Source: a virus
Taxonomy: Duplodnaviria > Caudoviricetes
Strand: one strand, 5' to 3'
Length of the DNA stretch: 64,000 nucleotides
Virus record (IMG/VR): IMGVR_UViG_2903468256_000002
Location: 1 to 64,000 of that record
This document shows, one piece after another, positions 17,163 to 24,973 of the stretch. The notes beneath the pieces were generated by a model, which was given only the letters and a program-made list of their open reading frames with translations, made no database searches and was not told the origin of the DNA. A program made the translations under genes and the position numbers. Position 1 is the stretch's first letter. The number at the start of each line of letters is the position of its first letter.

Positions 17163-17445
17163 GGTTGCTCCTCTTCTCGCGGGAGCAGTTCGGATCTCAG
17201 GCTCACGTGGAGATCGGTGCGCAAGTTAAGGTCATTGCAGACCCGCGTTCAGCGAGAGTTGTGGACCCCACTGCGGATTGGCTTGGCCACAAGCAGTCGA
17301 TTGGTTCCACGATGTCGTGATGTAACATATGAAGTCCGGTGTGCCGTAGGCGGCCCGGATTGGGCGCAGGTATTGGATGTGGGCACTATGTGCTAGTCCG
17401 GCTGGTCTGCGGGGTGAGGTTACAACTTCATGATAGCCTCCTATG
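17137..17445 (-). ncRNA. Candidate structured ncRNA / leader with a 3-codon minigene (MKL*)
   Basis: About 300 nt with no convincing CDS; multiple nested stems; AGGAGG-N5-ATG AAG TTG TAA at 17442-17420; ends in a terminator. Confidence 0.45.
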
Positions 17446-17501
17446 TTGGCTGATCGATGATCGCCACCCTCATGCTGGGGTGCGCGCATCGGTTTCCCCG
17501 A

Positions 17502-17741
17502 TCAGCTTTGGGGTGTTGCGGCCGGAGCCGAACCTTCGTGCTGGGACATCTTGGCCTCCAGCATGTTGCGCGCAGCCTGATAGAGCGCAGCCTTGTGGCT
17601 ACGGGCCGGTGCATAGTTGAACTCGAAGCTCATATTGGAGAACGCCTTCTTCAGGGTGTGGTAGTCCTCCACGGCGACGAGCTCGGCGAACCGGGTGATG
17701 CAGTCCACGAGGACTGCGGCCTTGGCGTTGATGTCAGCCAT
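17502..17741 (-). CDS. Hypothetical protein
   Basis: GGAGG SD; 79 aa. Confidence 0.65.
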   Translation of the reverse strand: MADINAKAAVLVDCITRFAELVAVEDYHTLKKAFSNMSFEFNYAPARSHKAALYQAARNMLEAKMSQHEGSAPAATPQS

Positions 17742-18054
17742 TGCTGGTTTCCCTCCAGATGTGAGCCACCATCTTGGCGGCGTTGGTGTCCTGGAGATCG
17801 CTGAACGCGCACCAGTAGTCGGCGCCGACCTTGAGGTAGGTGGCGGAAATGTCGTCGGTCAGGCGCTCCCACATCCTGAAGCCGCCCGGGCAATAGATGG
17901 GTGGCAGCAGGTTGAGGAACTCCTCGTAGATAGGGAGATCGATCTGCCAGAACTTTCCCAGCATCCAGCGCGCGGGCTGGCCCTCACGTGTCCACCGATT
18001 GAGGTTCACGAAGTGGAGCGTGCGGTCGCCTTTGGCTGAGGGGAGTTGCAGCAT
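17734..18054 (-). CDS. DUF1419-like protein
   Basis: WQIDLPIYEEFLNLLPP...FRMWERLTDDISATY...AFSDL pattern. Confidence 0.55.
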   Translation of the reverse strand: MLQLPSAKGDRTLHFVNLNRWTREGQPARWMLGKFWQIDLPIYEEFLNLLPPIYCPGGFRMWERLTDDISATYLKVGADYWCAFSDLQDTNAAKMVAHIWRETSNG

Positions 18055-18185
18055 ATGTTGACCCTTTCACGATTTTCGAGAAACCAGACGCAGGCCCGGA
18101 GGTTGTTGTCGACGAAGTCCCGGTCGCTCTCCAGATAGTCACCCACGCCATAGAGCCGGCGCTTCTTCACCTTGGGGATACGCAT
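18006..18185 (-). CDS. Hypothetical protein
   Basis: In-operon ORF, 3' end overlaps the next gene. Confidence 0.45.
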   Translation of the reverse strand: MRIPKVKKRRLYGVGDYLESDRDFVDNNLRACVWFLENRERVNICCNSPQPKATARSTS

Positions 18186-18379
18186 GGCTGATCCCAGGAG
18201 AGGTCGAAGACGGAGACGTAATACTCGCTGCCGGGTTGGCCATCCGACCAACTGACGTAGACGCGGTTCCTGCCGGTCTTGTCCCAGCCGGTCACCGTGG
18301 CGGCTTCGCCGCGGAAGGAGGTCACGGGGTCGCCCACTTTCACCGGGCGACCATCAGGGTGGAAAAGGTGACGGTTCAT
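18167..18379 (-). CDS. Hypothetical SH3-like small protein
   Basis: PVKVGDPVTSFRGEAATVTGW...RVYVSW. Confidence 0.65.
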   Translation of the reverse strand: MNRHLFHPDGRPVKVGDPVTSFRGEAATVTGWDKTGRNRVYVSWSDGQPGSEYYVSVFDLSWDQPCVSPR

Positions 18380-18381
18380 GG

Positions 18382-18597
18382 TTAGGCCTCCGGCGGATCA
18401 TAGATTTCGAAGGGGTTGCCCTCGGCGAGGTGACCGAAGGGTGTCATCAGATATTCGTCGTCCTGGTAGCTCATCACGGTGAGCACATAGCGCGGCTCGC
18501 CCGTCTTGGAGTCCGTGCATTCGAGCAGGGCAAGCTGTCCGTCCTGGGCGGCGCGCAGGAGCGTGTCGAAGTTCTTGCGGTGGTGTTCGGGGATCAT
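18382..18597 (-). CDS. DUF6117-like protein
   Basis: NFDTLLRAAQDGQLALLEC...TGEPRYVL...TPFGHL...NPFEIYDPP. Confidence 0.7.
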   Translation of the reverse strand: MIPEHHRKNFDTLLRAAQDGQLALLECTDSKTGEPRYVLTVMSYQDDEYLMTPFGHLAEGNPFEIYDPPEA

Positions 18598-18742
18598 GGA
18601 CGTGCTCCTGTGTTGGTGGCGGCCACGCGAGGGTGATAAGGCCTCAGTCCGGAGGTCATGGGACATGGCGTGGCCGCCTGCGCCTCGCCCTGACTGGAGG
18701 GAGGGCGAGTTGCAGTTGCTGTTGCTGTTGGTCGGGGTAGGC

Positions 18743-19186
18743 CTAGGAGGTGGAGGTGGCGCGGGCGATGATCTCGGCCCGGACGTGCTCGGGGAAGATG
18801 TCCAGATCCTCGACCGTGATCTCTTGCGAGACCAGCAGTGGGACGTGCTCTTCGATGTCGATCAGCTCGCGATCGGTGAAGTCACCAGTGTCAATACGTG
18901 GGTCGCGCCATTGTGGCGGCGGGAGATCGTCATATTTGAAGGACTTCTCCACGACCACTCGCCAGTGGTGGGGCTCGATGCAGCGGGGCTCTAGGCAGGT
19001 GGGCCGGATCGATATACGTGGCTGATCCACGAGGTTCAGCAGCACACGGGCCGGGTTGCCGAAGTCACGCATGACTGGGTGACGGCCACGCATGGGGCCG
19101 TCCCAGATCAGGTGGTTACCTTCGAGGTGTGAGAGCCGAGCCACGCGGTCGGCCAGTGATGTCTTGGGGCGTGCCATGGTGCTCAT
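18743..19186 (-). CDS. Degenerate His-Me finger (HNH-like) protein
   Basis: HLIWDG...RPTCLEPRCIEPHH resembles CWxWxG...HxCxNxxCxNPxH with catalytic His/Asn replaced. Confidence 0.5.
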   Translation of the reverse strand: MSTMARPKTSLADRVARLSHLEGNHLIWDGPMRGRHPVMRDFGNPARVLLNLVDQPRISIRPTCLEPRCIEPHHWRVVVEKSFKYDDLPPPQWRDPRIDTGDFTDRELIDIEEHVPLLVSQEITVEDLDIFPEHVRAEIIARATSTS

Positions 19187-19375
19187 ATGGGTGGGAGAGA
19201 GTTAACCGAACAGTCCGGACCCCCAACTCAGTATGTCAATTTTAATATTGTACTCTGAGTACGGATTTTTTCCGCGGTCCCTAAGAGTAACTACATACTG
19301 TTCTGTTTATTCTCTCCGCATTGGGGAAAAAGGAGAGAGAAAAAAGTACTTTCTTATATGGGGAAAAGTGAATGA

Positions 19376-19402
19376 TTAGAAAGGCTTACGAAGCCTTTCT
19401 AA
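19376..19402. terminator. Perfect 12-bp hairpin (terminator or operator)
   Basis: TTAGAAAGGCTT-ACG-AAGCCTTTCTAA just downstream of a - strand gene, at the edge of an AT-rich intergenic region. Confidence 0.6.
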
Positions 19403-19414
19403 CCCAATTTCTGA

Positions 19415-19564
19415 TCAGTGCTGGGTCTCGATTGCTTCAAGCACCCTACCGGTCAGCCGGCGATCCCTGACCTCTTCGAGATAGCGAATGGCCTCAAGCC
19501 GGTTCCTCTCGATGGCCTCAAGCCGCTGCTCGACCTTGGCCGAGACATAATAGGGGTGTTGCAT
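19415..19564 (-). CDS. 49-aa basic helical protein
   Basis: GGAGA SD before MQHPYY. Confidence 0.55.
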   Translation of the reverse strand: MQHPYYVSAKVEQRLEAIERNRLEAIRYLEEVRDRRLTGRVLEAIETQH

Positions 19565-19626
19565 CTGATTTCTCCGTGAAAGTGGTTGCGAAATGCAACC
19601 GGAAAATTCATGCGAACGCACACTAC

Positions 19627-19661
19627 AAAAAGTTGGCGCGGCCCTGAATTGGCCCGCGCCA
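19627..19661 (-). terminator. Intrinsic terminator
   Basis: GGCGCGG...CCGCGCC stem followed by ACTTTTT on the - strand. Confidence 0.6.
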
Positions 19662-19662
19662 C

Positions 19663-19870
19663 CGCCTGCGCCACACCCAGGTCATGACTAGGCCCTGATT
19701 TATGCAACCAAAGGCAGCAGCAAACTCAGCAGCACGTCAGATTGGTTGTGGCGCAGGCGTTGGAAGTGGTCGTCGTCCCTCCGTCCGTGTTGATCCGTCG
19801 CTCACACTGCGCGCCCTCCCGGGCTTCCGGCACGTCCCGCTCCTCCACACGACCGTGGAGCGGCCTAAAT
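19663..19870 (-). ncRNA. Candidate structured RNA upstream of the terminator
   Basis: 13-bp inverted repeat 19663-19675 / 19747-19759 plus further hairpins; no convincing CDS. Confidence 0.4.
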
Positions 19871-19872
19871 CG

Positions 19873-20082
19873 TTATCGAACCTGCACGCAGCGGATCTCG
19901 CGCCAGCCCTTGGGCACATGCGCGCCCTGCCAGGCGGCCACGCAGTCCGACCCGGCGCCAGCCACGTACAGCTGGTCGTCGTAGGTCGTGACCTGCAGCT
20001 CGTAGTGCTCGGGCGCCGGCGGCGCAGAGAGCCAGCTGGTGAGCCAGGCGAGCGCCGAGGCGGCGATGGCGATGCGGATCAT
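19873..20082 (-). CDS. Small exported/membrane protein
   Basis: Hydrophobic N-terminus MIRIAIAASALAWLTSWL; GGGAGA SD; Cys pair. Confidence 0.65.
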   Translation of the reverse strand: MIRIAIAASALAWLTSWLSAPPAPEHYELQVTTYDDQLYVAGAGSDCVAAWQGAHVPKGWREIRCVQVR

Positions 20083-20504
20083 GACAATTCTCCCTCGAAT
20101 ACGACCTTGAGATCAGAGAGCTCGAACCCTTGGCTGCGGGCGAGCTTCTCGGCTTCCACTTCACAATGCAGAGCGCCGCCCTTCACCCGCGCCAGCGCAT
20201 GGCCTTCTTGGCGATCCATGATCACGAAGACTGTCTCCACCCCACGCTGATCCTGCGGCGTGTACAGCCGGCGGGCGTTTCGGGTGATCGGGGCCTGGCG
20301 CTGGCGCGACGGCCGAGCGCTAGGCTCGGGCACCGGTTCATGGGTGTGGACGCGCTCCTTCGAGAGCTTGTTCCAGACGCGATGCACCGGCTCGGCAAAA
20401 GAGTGCGATTGCACGAAGCCGTCCTCGCGCACCAGCACGGTCGTGGCCAGTCGGCGGCCAAGGCGGGGTTTTTGCGTCAAGTCCGGAAGGACGCGCATTC
20501 GCAC
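20079..20504 (-). CDS. Hypothetical basic protein
   Basis: AGGAGA SD, GTG start. Confidence 0.65.
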   Translation of the reverse strand: MRMRVLPDLTQKPRLGRRLATTVLVREDGFVQSHSFAEPVHRVWNKLSKERVHTHEPVPEPSARPSRQRQAPITRNARRLYTPQDQRGVETVFVIMDRQEGHALARVKGGALHCEVEAEKLARSQGFELSDLKVVFEGELS

Positions 20505-20626
20505 TCTCCTGAAAAGTTTTGGGCTGTAGTGAGCGCGCTAAAGGTTGAGCTTCGCGCACCCTATGACGCACACGCATGAGCGTGCGCAGGAGACCCGCCC
20601 CCGAGGGGGCGGGGTAGGAGGGTGGC

Positions 20627-21256
20627 TTACGCCACCTTCCTCTGGGCTTCGGCCTGTGCCCGCTGGATGTGCTCATTCAGCCATCCGGCGAACTCCATCG
20701 CCTGCTCCAGCGTCAAGGCGCTGGCAGCGTGCTTCAGCCCGACCATCGGGTCGACCGGGTTGAGTTCGGCCTCACGCTTGGCCTTTTCTTCGGCCTCCGC
20801 CTTGGCCTCTTCCTCCGCCTTGGCCTTGGCCTCCGCTTCGGGGTCCGGTTCGGCCTCCGCCTTTGGCGGCATGGTTTCGACGCTGGCGTATTTGCAGACG
20901 TCCTCATAATCCTTCATGTTCGTGACCTTGAGCGCGGTCTTGTGCGCCTCCAGCGCCTTGACCGCGAAGTCGATTGCCTCATCCAAGGCAAGCTCGACGA
21001 CGGCCTTGCGGTGCTCCGCCGGGAAGCCTTCGGAGAAGGCCTTTTCCGCGATGCGCCATGCGTTGCGGAATGTGGAAGTCTCCTTGGCCTCCTTGGCCGT
21101 GCCGAAGACCTTGTCAGCAAGGCGCTTTTTCGCACCCTTGCCGCTATCGCGGCACATCGCCAGCCAGCACACGCCGACATAGTAGGCACCATTCGTCTTG
21201 TTCTCGAGGTCGCGGATGCGTCCTGCAACGCCCGCCAGTGTGTAACCCGTTGCCAT
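20627..21256 (-). CDS. First gene of the early operon; hypothetical with Ala/Glu/Lys-rich linker
   Basis: GGAGAG SD before MATGYT; GC3-rich; AEAKAKAEEE low-complexity segment. Confidence 0.8.
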   Translation of the reverse strand: MATGYTLAGVAGRIRDLENKTNGAYYVGVCWLAMCRDSGKGAKKRLADKVFGTAKEAKETSTFRNAWRIAEKAFSEGFPAEHRKAVVELALDEAIDFAVKALEAHKTALKVTNMKDYEDVCKYASVETMPPKAEAEPDPEAEAKAKAEEEAKAEAEEKAKREAELNPVDPMVGLKHAASALTLEQAMEFAGWLNEHIQRAQAEAQRKVA

Positions 21257-21269
21257 TTCACTCTCCGTT

Positions 21270-21353
21270 TTGCTCAATCGAGCAGGTTGCCGATCAGGCG
21301 CACCCCTCCCGTCCTCGCCCCCCCTTCGGGCTTGGCGCTGCTCATTTGAGCAA
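21270..21353. promoter_or_regulatory. Paired TGCTC-N4-GAGCA palindromes that also form a 14/16 inverted repeat
   Basis: TGCTCAATCGAGCA 21271-21284 and TGCTCATTTGAGCA 21339-21352, immediately upstream of the first early RBS. Confidence 0.55.
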
Positions 21354-21459
21354 CTTCCGGTCCGGGCATGGCTCCGCCACTCCCCTCGCGAGAGGGGTTG
21401 TTGGTGGGGGAGACCCCGCCACCGGCCTAACCGGCCGATAACCAAAGATAACCCATGGG

Positions 21460-21580
21460 ATCGCAGGAACAAGCAAAGGAGTACACCATTTTTCCAGTAT
21501 TTCCAAGTGTTAGCGGCGGGAATAGTGCCACATATACTATACAAAAATTTTTGGAAATTGGACCAATATTACTCCTGAAC
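21460..21580 (-). promoter_or_regulatory. AT-rich probable early promoter region
   Basis: TATAGT/TATAT-like boxes and AAAAATTTTT tract upstream of the leftward operon; no clean -35 box. Confidence 0.35.
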
Positions 21581-21583
21581 GAA

Positions 21584-21609
21584 AAAGGGCGCCCCGAAGA
21601 GCGCCCTTT
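21584..21609 (-). terminator. Intrinsic terminator after the primase operon
   Basis: AAAGGGCGC-loop-GCGCCCTTT with U-tracts on both strands. Confidence 0.75.
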
Positions 21610-21684
21610 CTTCCGCGTCTCTTGACCAAATCCCTAGTCCCAACCCGGGAGATGGTCAAACGCGATACTATAGGAAGAGTGATT

Positions 21685-21912
21685 TTAGTGCTTTCCCTCC
21701 GGAATTTCAGGCATTCGCGCAGCCAGATCGGCGCAGGTGTCCCGCATTGCAGCCAGTGCCTGATCCACCGGCATCCTGGAAACCAGGAACTGAGCGACCG
21801 CCTGCATGGTGCAGGCGCAAATCTCCAGGTCGGGACACCCCGCCTGAGACGCGATGTCCATGTGGTCACTCACTGCATCCATCAGCAAATCGAGATCTGC
21901 CTGTTCACTCAT
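21685..21912 (-). CDS. Hypothetical protein (75 aa)
   Basis: In-operon ORF after the primase. Confidence 0.55.
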   Translation of the reverse strand: MSEQADLDLLMDAVSDHMDIASQAGCPDLEICACTMQAVAQFLVSRMPVDQALAAMRDTCADLAARMPEIPEGKH

Positions 21913-21960
21913 AGCTGATCCACTTCTCGTACTCCCACCACTCGTCAGCATCGACAGTTA

Positions 21961-24396
21961 TCACTTCATCGCCCCCACAACTGTGACGAAGTTGTACACG
22001 ATGTCGGTGCCCCCGTTCCGGATCTCGCGCAGCTGTTCGAACCTGAAGGCGCCGGCCAGCTCCTTCATCAATGCATGAAATCGCATCCGTGGCACACGCG
22101 CGACACCCCCCGCCATCGTGCAGAAAGCCCAGTATTCGTCGAAAAGGTGATCCCCCATAGTGCGGGTCTTGGAAGTGCCCTCGTGCTCGCGCTTTCCGAC
22201 TCTGAGACGAGGGCTCTGTGACAAAAAATATCGCACCGAGTTGTTCTGGTTGGCCATGTCGTCGATCGCAGTCATGTGGCTGGTCGGCAACGTGTAGTCC
22301 TTGTTGACCTTCAACCGTGACAGGCCCAGGAGCGCCCAGGCGACGATCTGCTCACGCTCGGAGGCGAGAATGATCTGATCGATGTCGATGATCTTCTTCT
22401 CGTCCGAGATCCGCCGCGGGAACTCCAGGAACAACCAGCGGCGATTGAAACCATCGGAGGTATCCTTGGTGCGGGGAGTGTGGTTCGAAGCGAACCACTG
22501 CGCCGCCCTCGGCCGGAACCTGAAGATCGGCTGGTTCTTCATCTGTGCCTCGATCTCGGCGCCCTCGATCACTTGCTTGAAGACCTCGCCGGAGATGTCG
22601 CGCTTTTCCGAGATCTCACCCGCGAAGTTGACCAGCTTGTCGGCCATCTGGGCCGGCATAAACTTGTCACCCCAATCGGTCGGCGGAACAGCCGAGTGAC
22701 ACCCGTCCGGCATCAGGCCCTTCAGGATCTCCAGAATTCTCGACTTGCCGCTGTGCGCTTGGCCGATCAGGCAGAAGGCTCGCTGGTATTTGGGGGCAAC
22801 ACCCATGAGCGTTACCGCAAGAGCCTCCTGCAAAGCCATCACCTTGTCGCCATAGTCGGCGTCTTCTCCCCAGCAATCGTCCAGCATCTGGAGGAAAAGC
22901 GGGCAGCGGCTGTCTTCCTGGTACCGATAGGGCAGCACGTAGGTGCAGCCGAACTCCGGCGAATGCTTGCGGAGCTCCAGGTCCTCGGTCAGGAAGCCGT
23001 TGGCGAAGTTCACGCCGGTCAGGGAGACAGTCTGGAGGGTCTCGGAGATCAGGCCGGCCATCAGCTTCACGATCTGCGAGATGTCGGAGTAGCGCCGGCA
23101 CACGGGCAGGTGGCCATACTCCTCCGACAGGTGCTTGATGAAGTCGTTCTGGTCGACCGTCTGCCAGGACGCGCCCTTCCACTGCCAGAACTGGCCCTGA
23201 TGGTGCTTCAGCTTGCCGAACTCCTCCATGTCCTTGATCAGGGCGCGCGCGACCTCGGAGTGGTCGGTGCCCGTGATGTCGCCGGCGCGGAGCTTCAGGA
23301 GCTCCTTGCGCAGCGTGGTCACGCTGTAGGAGCCCTTCGATGCCGAGACGATGAACTTCAGGATGCGCTCTTCGTCGAGCGCGCCGATCTCGGAGTTGCG
23401 CGCCAAGCGATCGAGCGCCACTTCCACGGCGCGAGTCCAGCCGGCAGTGTCCGGCGTAACGTGACGCTCGAACTCACTGACGAGGTGGGCAACGATCTTC
23501 TCCGGCTCCCACTGCTCATTCTCGTCGCTGATGACGAGGCCGAGCTTGGTCTTGTCTTCCTCGGTCAACCCGTCGTCCCAGCCGGTCGGCAGGGCCTTGC
23601 GCTTGTCGCCGAGCACGTCGCGCATGAGGAAGTCGACAACCTTGGTCTGCGCCTTCTCGACGGAGACAGGATCACCCGCCACCTTCTCGACATAGCCCTC
23701 GACCCAGGCCTTCATCTCACCCATGGCCTCGATCAGCGTGCGCTCGCCGCGCGTGACAGCCCGGGCCAGCAGGCCGGCATTGTAGACCAGCGCGTTGTCG
23801 CGCGCACCAGCTGGCACGAACGACGTGATCTTGGTGTTGCCCGAGCTCGAGAGCTCGAAGCCCTCGGCCTTCAGCGCCTCGCGGAGCAGGCCTTCGACAC
23901 CCTTCGGGAGCGCCGGGAGCGCGCCGATGACGTCGATCAGCTCGACGTTGGAGCTGTAGGGCTTGCCCGTGTCCGGGTGGATTGACGGAGGGAGCACGAT
24001 CTGGGTGCCCTTGGACAGGCATTCCAGCAGCATTTCACCCTTCGAGTCCTTGACGCGGAAAGTGCGCTCGCCCTCGAAGCGATAGGCGTAGACCGCACCC
24101 TTGCGGCCGACACGCCGCCACGGCGAGGCCGGCAGGAGCTGCTCTATGATGCGCTGGACACGCGGGTCGTCGCTGTCGACGTCGATCGCCACCACGCCGG
24201 ACGCGGCGCCCATGGGCAGACCGATGTTGCCGTCACCCTTCTGGCCCAGCCACTCACGCTGTTCGCGCTCGGTGGGCATACGGTCGGCGAAAACCTGCCA
24301 CGCATCGATCCAGGGGCGCTTGAAACCGACCCGCAACGGGATCGCAGGCTTGCCGAGGGCCCAATATTTCGGTGCTTCAGAGGCAAAAATACCCAT
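21961..24396 (-). CDS. Bifunctional primase-polymerase / P4-D5-type SF3 helicase
   Basis: Prim-Pol motifs (GNIGLPMG, VAIDVDSD, GTQIVLPPSIHPDTGKPY), PriCT-like GARDNAL, Walker A GQAHSGKS, FASNHTP, FNRRW. Confidence 0.9.
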   Translation of the reverse strand: MGIFASEAPKYWALGKPAIPLRVGFKRPWIDAWQVFADRMPTEREQREWLGQKGDGNIGLPMGAASGVVAIDVDSDDPRVQRIIEQLLPASPWRRVGRKGAVYAYRFEGERTFRVKDSKGEMLLECLSKGTQIVLPPSIHPDTGKPYSSNVELIDVIGALPALPKGVEGLLREALKAEGFELSSSGNTKITSFVPAGARDNALVYNAGLLARAVTRGERTLIEAMGEMKAWVEGYVEKVAGDPVSVEKAQTKVVDFLMRDVLGDKRKALPTGWDDGLTEEDKTKLGLVISDENEQWEPEKIVAHLVSEFERHVTPDTAGWTRAVEVALDRLARNSEIGALDEERILKFIVSASKGSYSVTTLRKELLKLRAGDITGTDHSEVARALIKDMEEFGKLKHHQGQFWQWKGASWQTVDQNDFIKHLSEEYGHLPVCRRYSDISQIVKLMAGLISETLQTVSLTGVNFANGFLTEDLELRKHSPEFGCTYVLPYRYQEDSRCPLFLQMLDDCWGEDADYGDKVMALQEALAVTLMGVAPKYQRAFCLIGQAHSGKSRILEILKGLMPDGCHSAVPPTDWGDKFMPAQMADKLVNFAGEISEKRDISGEVFKQVIEGAEIEAQMKNQPIFRFRPRAAQWFASNHTPRTKDTSDGFNRRWLFLEFPRRISDEKKIIDIDQIILASEREQIVAWALLGLSRLKVNKDYTLPTSHMTAIDDMANQNNSVRYFLSQSPRLRVGKREHEGTSKTRTMGDHLFDEYWAFCTMAGGVARVPRMRFHALMKELAGAFRFEQLREIRNGGTDIVYNFVTVVGAMK

Positions 24397-24854
24397 TATC
24401 CGGCCTCCTTCACGCGCTCTTTGAGGGCCTGGACCTGGTCCGCATCGCAGACTTCGGTCAGAAAACCCATGATTTTGGCCTGAAAATCGGCCATTTCGCG
24501 CATCGTCCAGACCTTTTCGCGGGCGGCGACCAGCTTCTCGATCAGGCCGGCGCGGGCCTTGGCCACCTGTAGCTTTTCGGAATGGTCGGCGTTGCCCAGG
24601 CTGGCGACGAGCGTCTTCAGGTCGGCCAGGACGGTGGTGATCTCCTGCTCGACGTAGTCAAGACGATCGGTCTCGCCTTCGAAGGTCACCGCGGCCGACT
24701 GAACAGTGCGGCCATTGAGCTCTTTCAGGAAGTCGCGCATTTCGGAAGGATAGGGGGACTGATCCAGATAGTCAGGCTGCTCGCGCAGCTGGTTCAGCAC
24801 CACCCTTAGCTGGAGGACAACAGCCTCCGGCAAGGTCGGATAGAAGTTCGACAT
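24396..24854 (-). CDS. Helical hypothetical protein, possible terminase small subunit
   Basis: All-helical 152 aa divergent from TerL; no other TerS candidate in the window. Confidence 0.35.
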   Translation of the reverse strand: MSNFYPTLPEAVVLQLRVVLNQLREQPDYLDQSPYPSEMRDFLKELNGRTVQSAAVTFEGETDRLDYVEQEITTVLADLKTLVASLGNADHSEKLQVAKARAGLIEKLVAAREKVWTMREMADFQAKIMGFLTEVCDADQVQALKERVKEAG

Positions 24855-24973
24855 GAGGTACTCCGGGTTGGGGTACCTGATGTGGGCACGAATTTCAAAA
24901 ATGCTCGGCAGATACTCTAGGGGGAACGGAAACAAAATTCGAAATTCTGGAGAACAGCGCCCACGTCGGGCGC

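Noticed and set aside
17137-17445. tmRNA, tRNA or RNase P identity
   Set aside because: No acceptor stem/CCA, T-loop or P4 consensus found
20760-20860. Short tandem GGCCTCCGCC/TTGGCC repeats
   Set aside because: Encode an Ala/Glu/Lys low-complexity linker; not a CRISPR array or iterons
2282-21609. Similar AAGGGCG...CGCCCTT hairpins at 2282, 17137 and 21584 as a repeat family
   Set aside because: Adequately explained as ordinary intrinsic terminators
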